Origin: Sphaerodactylus townsendi
Lineage: Eukaryota
Assembly: GCF_021028975.2 (NCBI RefSeq)
Contig: NC_059438.1
Span: 2,976,001 to 3,040,000 of the forward strand
Reading direction: 5' to 3'
Length of the DNA stretch: 64,000 bases
How positions within the stretch are numbered: position 1 is the stretch's first letter; each line of letters starts with the position of its first letter. The position numbers and the translations under genes were made by a program. This document shows, in pieces, positions 48,465 through 61,801 of the stretch. The notes below the pieces were generated by a model. That model did no database searches and was not told the origin of the DNA. It saw nothing but the letters and a program-made list of their open reading frames with translations.

Positions 48465-49619
48465 TTCTACCAATGCCAATTGCCTATGCATACACAAAAG
48501 GCATTTATTTCCTTTGATGCCAGTTCTCTTATCTTCTGCAACAATGCTGCAGATCAAGGTATATTTAAAGAGAGAAAAGGGTTAGGGGGAGGGAGGAAGT
48601 GATAAAAAGGGGTGTGAGGACAGAGGAGATGGAGCAATGAGTTTACTTTGAATTAAGATTTGATATTACTGACAGAATCTATCACAGGTAATCGGGGCAG
48701 CATTGCCTTCACTTCTTCCGTGACAATTTTTCTGTCACTGAAATTAAAGGAATTTAGGACACGTTCAAACAAAGCTGCATCTAATTCCCTCAAAAGTGCA
48801 TGTCAGCCTGGAGGGACCTGTAGAAATGCCTAGTTGTGATCAACTACTTCAAGCTGAAAGTTCTGAGACGTGCCATGACATTAGTGACTATTGGGGGAAA
48901 TGGCATCTCTTAAGAATGCAATGTTTCCCTGGCTTTTTCTTTCTTTTTTTTTTAAAAAAAGTTCTTTTCTGGAACATCTCTTTGTGATAAATCTTCCTGC
49001 CTTCTAGCTTAGCTTTTCCAAATACCATTGAGTTTGCTGGACTGGTTCTGCACTGCACTAATCACACATTAAAGACTAGAAAGGCCAATTAACGAATGAG
49101 TGGCTGAGCTGGCACAGTCTGCGCACAGAGAATGTGACACCTCAGTTTTCATATGAAGAGCCATTCCACACAACATAAATAAAACATCTTCAGGACAAAA
49201 AAAAGTGTTTTGTGGTGGAATTCCACAGTTTTTTCCCCAAAAAAATACTTTTCAAAGATGTTTTATTTTTCCTCCAAACATTTCAAAAATGCTAAACTAG
49301 CGACTTTTTTCCCCTGAAGTCGTTTTGAAAATGTCTTTGGCTTGCTGTGCAGAGAGCAGAAAACATTTCAGTTTTCCTGTCTGGTTTGTGGCAACTCTCA
49401 CTTTCAGTTTGTGTAGCTTACGCCCACCATTTTCTGTCACTTCACGGTTCTCCATGCCAACCACCAATTTCAGGAGGTTCCCACAGACATTTGCTCTGCT
49501 GGCAGCTTATTTCCATTTGTAAAGTGCATGAATAAAGTTAGTTTTTACTGCCGATTCTGCACACATGTCCTTTTTTAAATTTTGTTTTCAATGGGGTTTC
49601 TTGGAAGCTACAAAGACTT

Positions 49620-49805
49620 AAGAAGATGGCGACCTCCTTCCTGCTGCTTTGGTAATACCATGAATTTTAAACAGTTTTTATTATTTATGTTTTAATTGTT
49701 CTAGGTTGCATTGGATTTTATGACTTTTATGAGTCTTTTGTGGTAACCCACCCTGAGACCTCTGGACATAGGGTGGGATAAAAATATAAACAAATAAATA
49801 AATAG
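49620..49805 (+). mobile_element. L2-type 3' tail fragment
   Basis: CCACCCTGAG...AGGGTGGGATA hairpin plus (AAAT)n, like the 26740-26813 tail. Confidence 0.6.
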
Positions 49806-51444
49806 ATCAGGTCAGCTGGGCAGTCACATGAGACAACTTTTCTCAGGTGGGATGAAGTTTATCAGATGCCTTTCTGAAGAATCCCCATTTAGCTCCATCA
49901 CTGCTTCATTACAGTTAGTGAAAATCTGTAGAACAGAAATTGAATGCTGACCAGAGTATTGATAATAACTTATTGGTTGCCCTTTGCATATGTTGAGACA
50001 GAGAGAATGCTGGCATCTTTAGTGGTTGGCCTATCCAGCTCTTGAGGTTTTGGCTAAGTTGGAGATTTTCTCATGGCCCATAAGTTCTATAATTAATATT
50101 CCCACCCCACAAACCTCAGTTTCAGTGTGTTCCCAAGGAGACCCAAAGCAGAAAACCATCTAGAATTTAGTTTTCAAAACATCTGAAGTTTTATATCCTT
50201 TTTTAAAAGTCAATAACTTTTGAAGATTTGGATTAGCAGAATGCTGCAGAAGCTATGACTCATTTTGAATTTTAAACACATTTCACTAAGTTTTTAAAAG
50301 TTAGCATCTATTAAACCTTTTACGCAGCAAAGGACACCATCTGAAAGGTTTGGCAAATATTAGTATTTTGCTTGTTCACTGAATCTAAGCTCCGGGAGTT
50401 AGCATAATGTAATGTTTCCTGACATTTCGATTTTAGCACCTGATATGTAGGCACTGGGTTAAAAAAATCACATGCTATTGAGATACAGGATGCATGTTGT
50501 CACTTCTCATCTGACTAATTCCTATACATCTCCTTCCTGGAAATCTTTGCAATGATACAGTCAATATGGAACTCATTTGAATCTGACTACACTGAGCAAA
50601 GATTAATGTGTCAGAAATGTCATTTGAAGGGCTACATCAGCCAAGGGATTACTGAGGAGGCCAAGAAAAATATGGTCCAATGCCTTCTTTAAGTCAAGGA
50701 TCATCATTTGGTTTCTGGATTGTCGTCACTGGATTAGTCTCCAATGATGGAACAGAAGACAAAAGATTAGGCTGCTGTTTCAAATTGATCTGCTAAATTA
50801 ATTTATCTGCAACACAAACATTTTCATTTTTCCACTGAAATCTGGATGTTAAACATATTTTGCTAAGTTTTTAAATGGGTGCTTATGAACGCATTGCATT
50901 GAAAAAAGGTTGGAGACTCAGTGTGATGGGATGTTTGGATGAGGAGAGGAGAGGAGAAAACCAAATTATATACTTTTGTGCAGCAGTTATGCTCTTCAGA
51001 CAGCCATTTTAGGATTATATGTACAGCATAGGCTTGCTGGCAACTGGCAGGAAGTCTGTGGATGGGAATATGGTGTGGGGAGAGAGACACTGGCTGTGGT
51101 GTCATGTTACTTTGAGTGGGGGGGGGACAGAAGTGACATCACTCTACCACAGAGTTTCCAGTAATTTCTAGAGCTACACGAAGCTATGTATTGTTGAACA
51201 TACAATAAATGTAGTGGGTCCCACCATGCATATTACACTAAGCTAATTAAAAAAAAACAGAAGTGACGTAACTCTGGGGGTGAGTTATCCCATTCTATGA
51301 CTGGGGGCTTGGAAGCCCTAGACTAGCAACACTTAGATCATGGATTCTCTCAATGGTAGGTCCAGTCTTCTGGAATGGACAACCAGAATGGATGCAGTAC
51401 CCTAATTGGCTACAGTTCTATTTCAGAGGGAATTTGGTGTAGAT

Positions 51445-51592
51445 CAGGGGTAGGGAACCTGCGGCTCTCCAGATGTTCAGGAACTACAATTCCCATCAGC
51501 CTCTGTCAGCATGGCCAATTGGCCATGCTGGTAGGGGCTGATGGGAATTGTAGTTCCTGAACATCTGGAGAGCCGCAGGTTCCCTACCCCTG
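51445..51592. mobile_element. 148-bp palindromic hAT-type MITE, exact reverse complement of 163-310
   Basis: Same TIRs; exact TSD GTGTAGAT (51437-51444, 51593-51600). Confidence 0.95.
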
Positions 51593-52049
51593 GTGTAGAT
51601 TAAACTGCTCTGGCAGATTTGGCTGCAGTTTTAATCCCTGTGTATAAGTGCTGCCTCTGTGCAGCACTTATGCTCTTCAGACAGCCTTCTTGCATTACCC
51701 TCTCTTAGGATTGCAGGATTGCATGAATAGCAATAATTAATTAATGTTTCAATAATTAATTTTTGCATTCAACTTGAATGTTTGGTTTTGTCTTGTTGAT
51801 GGACGTACATTTTTGTGTCCTTGCAACTTGTGTGATTGTCAGGTTGAGTGTAAGGAAAGAAGGTAAATGTTTCGAATAAATTATTTCTCCATTCACTTAT
51901 GAAGCTAATTGAATCATGGAGTTGCAACTCTGGGGTGGGAACCTCCTGGAAATTCTAGGGTTGAGGAGGGGAGAGAATTCAGCAAGAGTATGATGCCAGA
52001 AAATTCACTCCCTGAAACTGTCATTTTCTCCAAATGAACTGATTTATGT

Positions 52050-52440
52050 TTTTAGTTTAACCTTTAATGGCATAGTATTTAAAATGTTTTCCAAAAACTT
52101 AGCCACTGCCAAGGTAATCGATGGACTACAGTCACTCAGCAAAAAATGTCTGGAATTTAGAATAATGAAGCATTGGAGGCAGCAAAGGATAAATTAAAAT
52201 CATACGCAGGCTGCTATGAAGATGAGATTCCAGGAGAATATGAGATATGGTTTCAGGAGATCCACAACCACAACGGCATAGTCTCTGTTGTTTGGGGATC
52301 TGAAGGTATCTCCCAGAAGTTACCGCTGATAGGAAACTATTAAGACATGCTAACATAAATAAACGACGTTGCTTAATGGATGACACAGATGTGAGATATT
52401 TGGCTCTTTCTCTGTAGCGTGGCAACTGATTTATGAATTC
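52050..52440 (-). mobile_element. Non-LTR retrotransposon 3' end with zinc-knuckle relic (RTE-X-like)
   Basis: ORF 52132-52425 contains GRYLQIPKQQRLCRCGCGSPETISHILL; tail near 52050-52075. Confidence 0.7.
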
Positions 52441-52636
52441 TGATCAACATAATTCAGAGAGAACTCCATACATGGAGATTAGTTCTATGTGAGGTTTGGT
52501 CAGTCCTCTGAAGCTAAACTTAAATCTCAGAATTGTTGTGATGTTGAAATGGAGGAGGCAGAGGCACAAATGCCAGTATAAGCTTTTTAGAGGGAAGGGT
52601 TAGTATTGATCCCAGTGCCCATTTTCCTTTCCTTTT

Positions 52637-52935
52637 GAGAGCCAGTGTGGTGTAGTGGTTTAAAGGGGTGGACTCTAATCTGGAGAACCAGCTTTGATTC
52701 CCCCACTCCTCCACATGAATGGCAGACTATTATTTGGTGAACTAAATGTGTTTCTCTGTTCCTCCACATGAAGCCTGCTGGGTGACCTTTGGCTAGCCAC
52801 AGTTCTTTCCAAACTTTCTCAGCTCATCTACCTCACAAGGTGTCTGTTGTAGGGAGAGAAAGGGGAAGGAGTTTGTAAGATGCCTTAAGCCTCCATCCAA
52901 GAGGGAAAGGTGTGGTATAAATTCAAATTCTTCTT
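52637..52935 (+). mobile_element. Squam3-type SINE
   Basis: GAGAGCCAGTGTGGTGTAGTGG head; duplicated CTCCACATGAA; TCTTCT tail. Confidence 0.9.
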
Positions 52936-54259
52936 TTATGATTGCTTTTTCAGTAATCACACACACACACACACACTATTTTCTTCTAGCTACTTTATGA
53001 AATTTCTAAAACCAACCTTCAATGTTTTATTAGGAAAAAGCCTTATCTTTCCTCTCATTTTTTGAGAATTGTGCCTCTTGAGTTATCATAGGCATATGAA
53101 ATGCATGGAGCTGTGTTATATGGAGTGAGCTCACTGGCCCATCTTGGATGAACGAATTATTCTTCTAGCTCCTATATGACATCTCTAAAATGAACCCCAG
53201 AATAAACATATTAACAGAATTGTTACAATTGGTCCATTTTGCCAGTATTGCCTGTTCTAATTAGCAAAAGTTTAAAGCTCTCAGGGGCCCCCCCCCCCCC
53301 CGTCTCTGTATTCTGAGAATATTTAACTGGAGATATTGGGACATGATATCTGCAGTCCCCTGAGCTAAACTGTACCAGGTTTGCCAGTTTGAAAGATGCA
53401 ATGGTTCCTTTGGAGACCTTTTTCCTACCACAAAGTTAGCTATTTAACTGCACAAAAGAGTGTGACTTGTTATAAACAAGCCCTCTAATGCTAGAGCACA
53501 ACAAATCAATCCTGCGTCAATACAATGCTGCAACCACCACTTCCCTCAAAAAATAACTGATAGTTTTAAACAAGGTTGGACAACAGAAAATAGTGTAGTC
53601 TTCCCCCATTGCTTTGAAACTTCTTACTTGTTTGAAAAGAAGTTTTTGAAAATGGAATTGTGTCACTGCTTTTAGCCCTAGCCAGAACAAGTGGTGTTGT
53701 TGAAAATAGCACATTCTGAACCTGAAAAGCTGAAGTTCTTCATTTGTACATTCGTGTAATGAACAGGTTTTCACAGTTGGCTTAATAACTTGATTCTGTC
53801 ATTCCCTGGAAGTGCTTCTTCAGAAATATTTACTAGAGATATTCAAATAGCTTAGGGGAAGAAAACAAGCAACCAAAGTCAATACAGTTCCTGGTCGGAG
53901 AAAGATTAGAACAAGCAGCACCATAACTAACATTATTTGCTGGGAGGGATGTTGAATTTCTGAGTGAGGCTATAAAGCAGTGAGTAAAATCCAGCAATAT
54001 AGTTGACAGAAGCTTCTAGAATCCTGTCACCAAGCTAATCAGAGTATATAATGTTTGTAAAGTGTTAGTATCAGAAATATGGAAGTTATATTAATTCATT
54101 TAGCTCACTTCATCATGTCTTTCCTCTAAATTACTCAGAAAGCTATGCATTATTGACCCTTTTATCTTTGCTACAACTCTGTGAGATAAATTGGGATGTG
54201 AGAAAGTGATTGGTCAAAACAAATTTCATGGGAATTTAGGGATTTGGATCTCCCAGATC

Positions 54260-54700
54260 CCGCGCAGACGGGCTGGTCATCAGTGCACTAGGGGATCGGC
54301 AAAACACCGTCCCTAGGGGAGTTGTTTCCGCATTAGTACGCAGCTACATCGCGAGCAGCACCGCCCTCGCCCCCCCCCAGTCGGCGTTAAAGTCACCCAA
54401 CCTTCAACCTCTCCGCAAGCGAGGTTTTCTGGAAACAGCAGCTTCTAGCCGCTGCCGTGCAAATGGCAGCGGCTGGAAGGTGCCACCCCCCCTTTCCTGA
54501 ATGGCTTACTTTCCCTGCAACCTTCCAGTGCGTCACCCAGGCCTGGGGACACGCCTGCCCTGCGACTCCAGAGCTGTCGCGCAGGGCAGGGGGGCGTGTC
54601 CCCTGGCCTGGGCGACACATCAGAAGGTTGCGGTGTGTGTGTGTGTGTCAGCATTATATACGCTGACGCACCCCCGAGCGTGGCCATGTGGAAACGGTCC
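54260..54700. mobile_element. GC-rich Harbinger-type MITE, family B relative, left end degraded
   Basis: Right end TGTGGAAACGGTCC; central hairpin CAGGCCTGGGGACACGCC/GGCGTGTCCCCTGGCCTG as in 18620. Confidence 0.75.
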
Positions 54701-56745
54701 TAGTCTGGTTCTCCAACCATAATCTCCGACTGATTCTCAGTTAAAAATTAAAGCTATTTATAATTCAAAACACTCGGTTACATAAGAAAACCTTTTTGAT
54801 ATAAATAATAATGCCCTTAAATTACTCCTTGAACAGCCTTTCCATCACCCTGTTGTGCTGTCATAGTAACTGAAAGGGGACATTCATGATGATATAACCA
54901 TACTAATGATATTCTTCTGAAGTACAGAGATCCAATAATTAAAAAAAATGAAATGTTTTCTTATTTCAAATTCACGTCCTTATTCTCTAACTGATGCTTG
55001 TCTCAAACATCCCATTCGCCATTGCATTTGCAATCCCATTTTCAACTGCATTCACAAATTACAAATACGATTGCAAATGTGATTGCAACTGCAAATGAAC
55101 TTCACCCGAACTCTCCCCCTCACACAAACACACACCTGTGAGGTGGACAAAACATAAACCCTACCTCATGTTCACTCTACACTGTGTAAATGGTGTAAGT
55201 TTAGGGCCAGGCATGAGATGCAACTGGCTGCAAACTCTGCATGGGAGCTGACTAACATCAACTCTGCCCCTGGGAATGCCTTCCCTCCATGCCAATCCCA
55301 TTTCAGATGCCAGCACAGTCCTGGTGCAGCTGGGACTTCTGGCTTTTGAAGCTTCAGGACTGAGGGGTGCTCAGCTGCTGATGTATCAGGCCCCCCACCA
55401 GCATATTTGCCCCTTGCACCAGCAGGGGGGGCACTTGCGCCAGTGCAAGGCTGTACCAGCTTCTCAAGCAGGTCTACCACACCCCCTCTGGACTGGGCTG
55501 TTGGTTTCATCCAGCCTCCGTTGAATTCCAATAAAGCCATGTATTTTTCCCCCATCTTAACTTTCTTTGCACATTGTGTAACTTCAAAGTCTTTGACAAA
55601 CCTTCAAACCTGTCATCTTCCTCAGCATCCCTAGGTAGCTGTATTCCATTACACAGCTGTTCTTACATATTAGACTGAACTGACTTGCCTGGAAGTTAAA
55701 CTTACCTTTTTATCTCATCTTCAATATCAACAACTAAACAGTTGTCCTTAATCTACGAGATGCTTGTATTTACCTCAGCAAGAGCTTTGTTCCATTTCAG
55801 CCTGTGGTTCTCTGCAGAGTAGCTGTCTTGAGGAAATTCAAATCATAACAAAGAACTAGTTTTGCATATAAATGGCAGGGATATGTTAGGAAGCATACTA
55901 GTCTTGTAAATCCTTAAGCAATATTTAACAGAGTTTGTTCAGAGAACAGGTGCTGCTCACCAAAGGGTGCTATCCTCTCCTGCCTTCCTAAATATCATCT
56001 CATGTGGTAAAAAAAGATTGCAGAAACAAAATTATATAAAGAAGATTCTGTTCAAGGAAGGGCACTTTCGGGAAAAAAAATAACTTATCTTCTGTTTAGG
56101 ACTCTGGGAATTCAAGGGAATATAATTTCCTAATCTCTTCTCAGCCAAAAAGCTCTGAGTAAACAACTCAATACAATAAAATTCCATAAATACACACAAC
56201 TTTTTAAAACATATACTCACGAACACATACTGAAGCTGGCTGAAGAACAAACGCTTTCAAACTTCCTTTACTTCAGTAGCCAATTCCACATGTAACACAG
56301 AGACGTTATCTATAATATCAAACTGAGTGCCTCGGGGTACCATCTTTACAGGCATAGCTGTCAGCACCATTGGTGATAAGCGTTACTGGTGAATGCAGAT
56401 GCTTATGTTATAGCTTTTTTAAAAAGAAGGAAGAGAACAAGAAAGGGGAAAAAAACACTATCCACTCTGTTTCAGTATTTAGCTTGACAGATTCAACTGG
56501 TCCAGATAGGATAAGGGAAAAAAATAGTGTTCTGAATTGATGTCGGACCTGCACAACTGATCACTTACTTAGTCAAATACAAATCATAGCCAATGTAATG
56601 GTGGCTCAAGATGTGTTCAACTTCCTTTTTTGAGGCCCAACTAAGCAACAAAAGCCAGGAGGTTTGTGAAGTCCTTGGTAAGTCACCATAAGATGCTATT
56701 AGAGTGTTCTTGGTTGTTCTTGGAAAACAGTGAATGGATCTTTTA

Positions 56746-57326
56746 GGCCAAGTCACCGCAAGATAGTTCCCTTTTATGTGGCGCCTTCCTGGGACGGCAA
56801 AAACGCCGTTACCCCTGTGGGAGCTATTGCGCATTGCAGGCGGCGCTTGCTGCGCAACCCAGCAGCGCCGACTCTCGGCTTCGCCTCCCCCTCCCCAGGG
56901 TGGTATGCTGCCAGGGTTCATTCTGGTAAAACAACAACCCTCTTTAAAGGGTTGTTTTTGCCTCAACAGCGTGTTCCTCGGCGGCGTGGTGGCGTAACGG
57001 CACTGCCGGGAACACGCTTTTGTTTTCATCATTTTCATTCACTTTGTCCTTCCATCGTTTGCTGGTTTTCCTCGGTTCTCCTCACTCGTCCTCCGACCCC
57101 CTGGAGGTCGGAGGGCAGCGTATGGGCTTCGAGGCCAGCAGGCTGACGACGGGGACAAGGTGAGTGGGACAGGGAAGGGGGAAGAGGCGTTCTACGCGGA
57201 GCCGCCTCATCAGCCCGCCGGCCGTTCTCCTGGCACCGCCAAGACGCTTTTGCGTATAATGGCTTACCGCCCCCACGCCGGGCAGAATTCTTGTCGGGCG
57301 TAGCTGGGGGCCGTGCAGAAACGGCC
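56746..57326. mobile_element. GC-rich Harbinger-type MITE, family A (opposite orientation to 1688)
   Basis: TSD TTA; right TIR GTGCAGAAACGGCC; degenerate left TIR; shared internal motifs. Confidence 0.88.
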
Positions 57327-57815
57327 TTATCTACCTCTCACTATCCCATTCCAGTGTCATCATTGAGATATTAGGTGAAACTTAGACATGGTCTTCAAGC
57401 ACAACCGTTATATCACCATCCAAATGACATGAAGTGCCTGCATTTGACGTCTTCAAAATGGCCCTTTCCACACATTTTTCCTGAAACATTCATAAAACAT
57501 TCGTAAAATGTTTTCAGTTCCCCTTTTTGTCTCCACTCACTCCCTTGAAATGATTCATGGCCACCATTATGTGATTTCCCCCTTTTTTGAGTTTTGTGTT
57601 GAATCAGTGCTTCAATGCTTCATAGCCTCCAGCTGCATTCAGTACTCCTTGTATACTCGGTGCTTCAAAGATTGCCTTCCTGCAAATAAAAAACAGAGAA
57701 ATGCTGCAAATAGGCAAGGGGGAACTGAGTAAGCTCAGAAAATGGCACTGAGGAGGAAGTTTAGGGGAAAAAGAAGTGTGGGAAATGTAGTCAATAGATC
57801 AGACAGCAACAGAAG

Positions 57816-58281
57816 CAGTGGTGTACCTAGGCAAACTAGAGCCCTGGGCAAAACTTGAGTTTGATGCCCCCCATAGGTGGCCACCCTCCCCCACCGTGAC
57901 CAAACAATGATTTTTTTCCACCAGGTCATTTCAAAGTCACCATCAGATTATAGAACATGCCCCAACTCACAAATCTGAACACAGCAATGGGCCGTGCCAC
58001 ACAGCAGAAATAATTTTTAAAACAATTTCAAAATGCTTTCAACTTTGGACTCCCTAAACCAAACCTCACCAAACCTGGATGATATCATCAGAAGAGTTTG
58101 CTGAAACATCCCTGAAATTTTGGTGCTGCTAGCCTAAAAATTGCACCCCCTGCAGGCCACAAACGGGAAAAAAAACTGAAAATTCAAAAAATCCCACCAA
58201 CAAACCTGCATTTTTGGTGCCCACCACAAGGGTGCACCGTGGGCAACTGCCCACTTTGACCAATGGGAGGAATGCCTCCGA
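57816..58281. mobile_element. Non-autonomous hAT-type element
   Basis: CAGTGGTGTACCT...AGGAATGCCTCCG degenerate TIR; approximate 8-bp TSD AACAGAAG/TACAGAAG. Confidence 0.7.
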
Positions 58282-58359
58282 TACAGAAGACATTATCAAA
58301 AATTTCAGCCGGAGAATCTTTTAAAAAGGGGGTTCATTTAAGCCAGATAATATTTTTTT

Positions 58360-59215
58360 AAAAGAAATACACATACAAAAACATTAAAACATGTTGCACA
58401 AAGGATGATTCACTGAGGGAGCAGCAGACAAAACAAAGAAGTCTTTCTTTAACCACTGGTGGAAAATGGCAATGTAGAGACAGGCAAGATTTTCTGAGGA
58501 GAAAATTCCAGAGTTTTAGTGCCACAGATGAGAAGGCCCTGGGTTGCCACCTGCCCAATCTCAGAAAGCAGGGACAGTCAAGGCAGGGCCCCAGAAAATA
58601 ACCACAGTGGTAGGGTCATTTCATAAGCCAGTAGGCAGTCCTTCCCAAGCCATATAGAGCTTTAAAGGCTAACACCAGTATCTTGAATTATGCCCAGAAA
58701 TAGACCAGGAGACAATATAGTTTGGTCAAGACCAAAGTGATAGGGTCCCTATTATTCATTCCAGTTGATATCCTGACTGCAGCATTCTGCACCAATTGAA
58801 GTTTCCAAACATTTTTCAAGAGCTCTTTACATACAGTCCATGGCAGTATTCTAATCTAGATGCAACTAGGAGTTGCACTACAGTGGCAAGATCTTTTTTG
58901 CTAAGGAAAAGTCGCAGCTGGTAAGAAACACAGCTGCATATCCAAGAGCAGGTCAGGGTCCAAGAGCACCCCCAAGCTGCAGACCTGGCCCTTCAAGGGG
59001 ATTGCAACCCCTCCAGAACAGGGGCAGCTTAAGCCTCCAGTCAGACCTTCCACTCCTCAATTATACTTGTCAAGATTAGGTTTTAGTTTATTGTCCCATA
59101 CCTACTCCAAACTGGCACCAGATACCAAGTCAGAGTTTCTACAGCTTCTTCGGGATTTATCAGAAGCGCAGGTTAGAGTTGAGTGCATTCACATATTGAT
59201 GCCCAGCCTGAATAA
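58360..59215 (-). mobile_element. Old degenerate L2 LINE
   Basis: Minus strand gives HQY (RT site relic, ~59195), SRLEYCHGLY, VQNAAVRI and RAFSSVALKLWN. Confidence 0.8.
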
Positions 59216-60036
59216 TATAAAATGGAGACAGGCTAAACAGCTAACAGTGCATATAATGAGAAAAGAAGATGTGGTGAGCAAGCCTAAGTCGGTTTCCTCA
59301 AACATAAGCCCAATTTTATTGAATGGGATTTACTCCTAGGAAAGCACTTTTAGGATTGCAGCCCTGAAACAACACCAAGAACAGCTATGGGATGAAATAG
59401 TCAGGTCTCATAGAATTCACCCTTAGGCAATGTTATACAGTATGCCAGGGCATCAAAAGTCCTTAACTGGTGCCAGAGAAAAATTGGCAGCCAGGTCAGT
59501 GACTCAACTGAGAGAAAAAAAATCACACTGAAAGAGAAATTGCTCATCTCAACAGGTTGTTTCTGCAATAGAAATGTATGTGAATTTTGGGATTTTGCTG
59601 ATTTATTATTTCTAACACAGAGGATCTTGAGCAGGTCTTTTCAATCCACTGCATCTGATGACTCCTTTGTTCCTTTGTTATGGTGATGACTCAGATTAGC
59701 TGGCTGATGTTTCCTCAATGGGTCGTAATTGTTAGGAGATAATCCCTGTGCTAGCTTTGTTAAGCAGGGAAGCTTAGAGAAGGTGCCTCCTCCCAGCTGA
59801 AGAGAGGCAGCAGGCACCAAGTACTTTAGTTTGCCCTCACCTTTTCTATCTGTAAATAGAGCTAATATTACTAAAATACCATAGAAGTGCAGCAAAAATT
59901 GCCCCCTTTCTATTTCAGATACAGACCTTGTGAATAGGAATTGATCCTCTAGCAGCTGAGATGACCCAGAGAATTCAATGATAAGATACATTTGAACAAT
60001 ACGATGTTTTTGTGCTGTCAAGTCACAACTGACTTA

Positions 60037-60585
60037 GGCCGTTTCCGCACAGGCATTTAATGGCGGCCTGGAGACGGCAAAAACGCCGTCTCCAGGCCGC
60101 CATTCGCACAGGGGGCGCAGCTGCATCGCAGCCGCGCCGCCCTCGCGCCGCCCTCGCGCCGCGAAGCCGGCGTTTCCCCAGAGCGCTCGGAAGCGCTCTT
60201 GTTGGGGAAACACTGCCTCGAAGCCGCTGCCGAGCGAACGGCAGCGGCTTCACGACGCCTCCCCCACCCGGCACTTACCTTGTCCCTGGGCCTCCGGCGC
60301 GTCGCGCAGGGCCAGGGGGCATGTCCCCAGCGCGTCGCGCAGGGCCAGGGGGCATGTCCCTTGTCCCTGGGCCTCTGGAGCAGGCGCGCAGGGCCAGGGG
60401 GCATGTCCCCAGGCCTCAGCGACGCGCCGGAGGCCCGGGGACATGCCGGGTCGGCCAGGCGCTGGCACTCCGCTGCGCCGGCTGCCCGGCTCTTTCCAGG
60501 ACCATCCATGTGGACGGTCCCAGCGTCGTCAGGTCGGCGTCAGAAACGCCGACCCGGCCGTTTCCGCATTCGTGCGGAAACGGCC
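60037..60585. mobile_element. GC-rich PIF/Harbinger-type MITE, family B
   Basis: Perfect TIR GGCCGTTTCCGCAC/GTGCGGAAACGGCC; TSD TTA. Confidence 0.93.
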
Positions 60586-61801
60586 TTAGACTACTAGTAA
60601 AGCACTGTTGATTTGTTTTGTATCCTACCACCTGTTTCTGGTACCAGGAGAACAGTGTCATCAATAGAAGAGAGAGGTGATTTCCACTGATTCCTCCAGG
60701 GTTACTGACTTCCATTTCACCCTTTTCATTCTTATGTAAAAGGAAAAATGGAAAAGAAGTCTCTGGGAAAGCCCATGGAGGACTGCATTCCTAGGGGTTG
60801 AGTTTCACACACATAAAGTATCTGCATGCATTGTTGGAGGAGAATTACACAGGTATGATTGGAAAATGTATGATGCAGAGATCTGGCAGAAGCTAAGAAG
60901 GTCTACATCTCTTTGGTGCCTGGATGCAACTCTTCCAGGGAAATCTACTGCATGACAGCATGTTCTTTTCTAATGGAAGAAAAGAGGGTTATAAATCTAA
61001 TAATTATTACAAAAGTATTATGGGATTCTCCCTACTTGACACTCCCTACATAACATCCTCCACGGAAACAACTGACATATTACAGAAAGAAAAATAAAAG
61101 GGTATAATAACAAGGTAAATAATAGAGCATATTGTTCAGTTTTCTTGGAAAATGATAAAGAAAATAAATAAAAGGATTTGCAAACCAATATGTTCTGAGG
61201 AATGGCACATTTTACTCAGCCAGTGTCATTTATTTGACTTTTCAAACTGGCAAGATTTTTTTCTCTCTCTCTCTTATATCCATATCTATACCTAGTTGTA
61301 ATCTGTTGAATTTATTGTATTTAACTAGCTAAAATTTATTTAGCATGACAAAAGACAGTAAGCAAGCTGTCTCCTACATAAAAGCCACTTAAATGCATTA
61401 GTGGTGAGTGGTCTGCAAAATAGAGCACTATCAGTGTAATTTTTACAGGAATTAGGGCTTTCCATCCCAAGAATGTCTAAAAGGGCAAGTCGCTTATTTT
61501 CCTGATTTAGTATATAATCATACTCGAAACTTGTGTCATTCATCTGATGCAATGTTGGATTGTCATTTAACTATCATTAGTGACCATTCCCTCTGTCCCA
61601 GATTTGGGCCTGACAATTTGGGGAAAATAATACAAAGGTTCATTTTTGTTTACAACACTTTAGTGCTAATGGGGGCGGGGGTGGGAGATGGAAAGCATGT
61701 AACTATCTTTAGTTATTGAATGCTCTGCACTTGCTCAAATGCACATCCATGTATACTTAGACTTCCTACATTCAAGGCTTTAGCTACTGCTGTTAGGGCT
61801 T

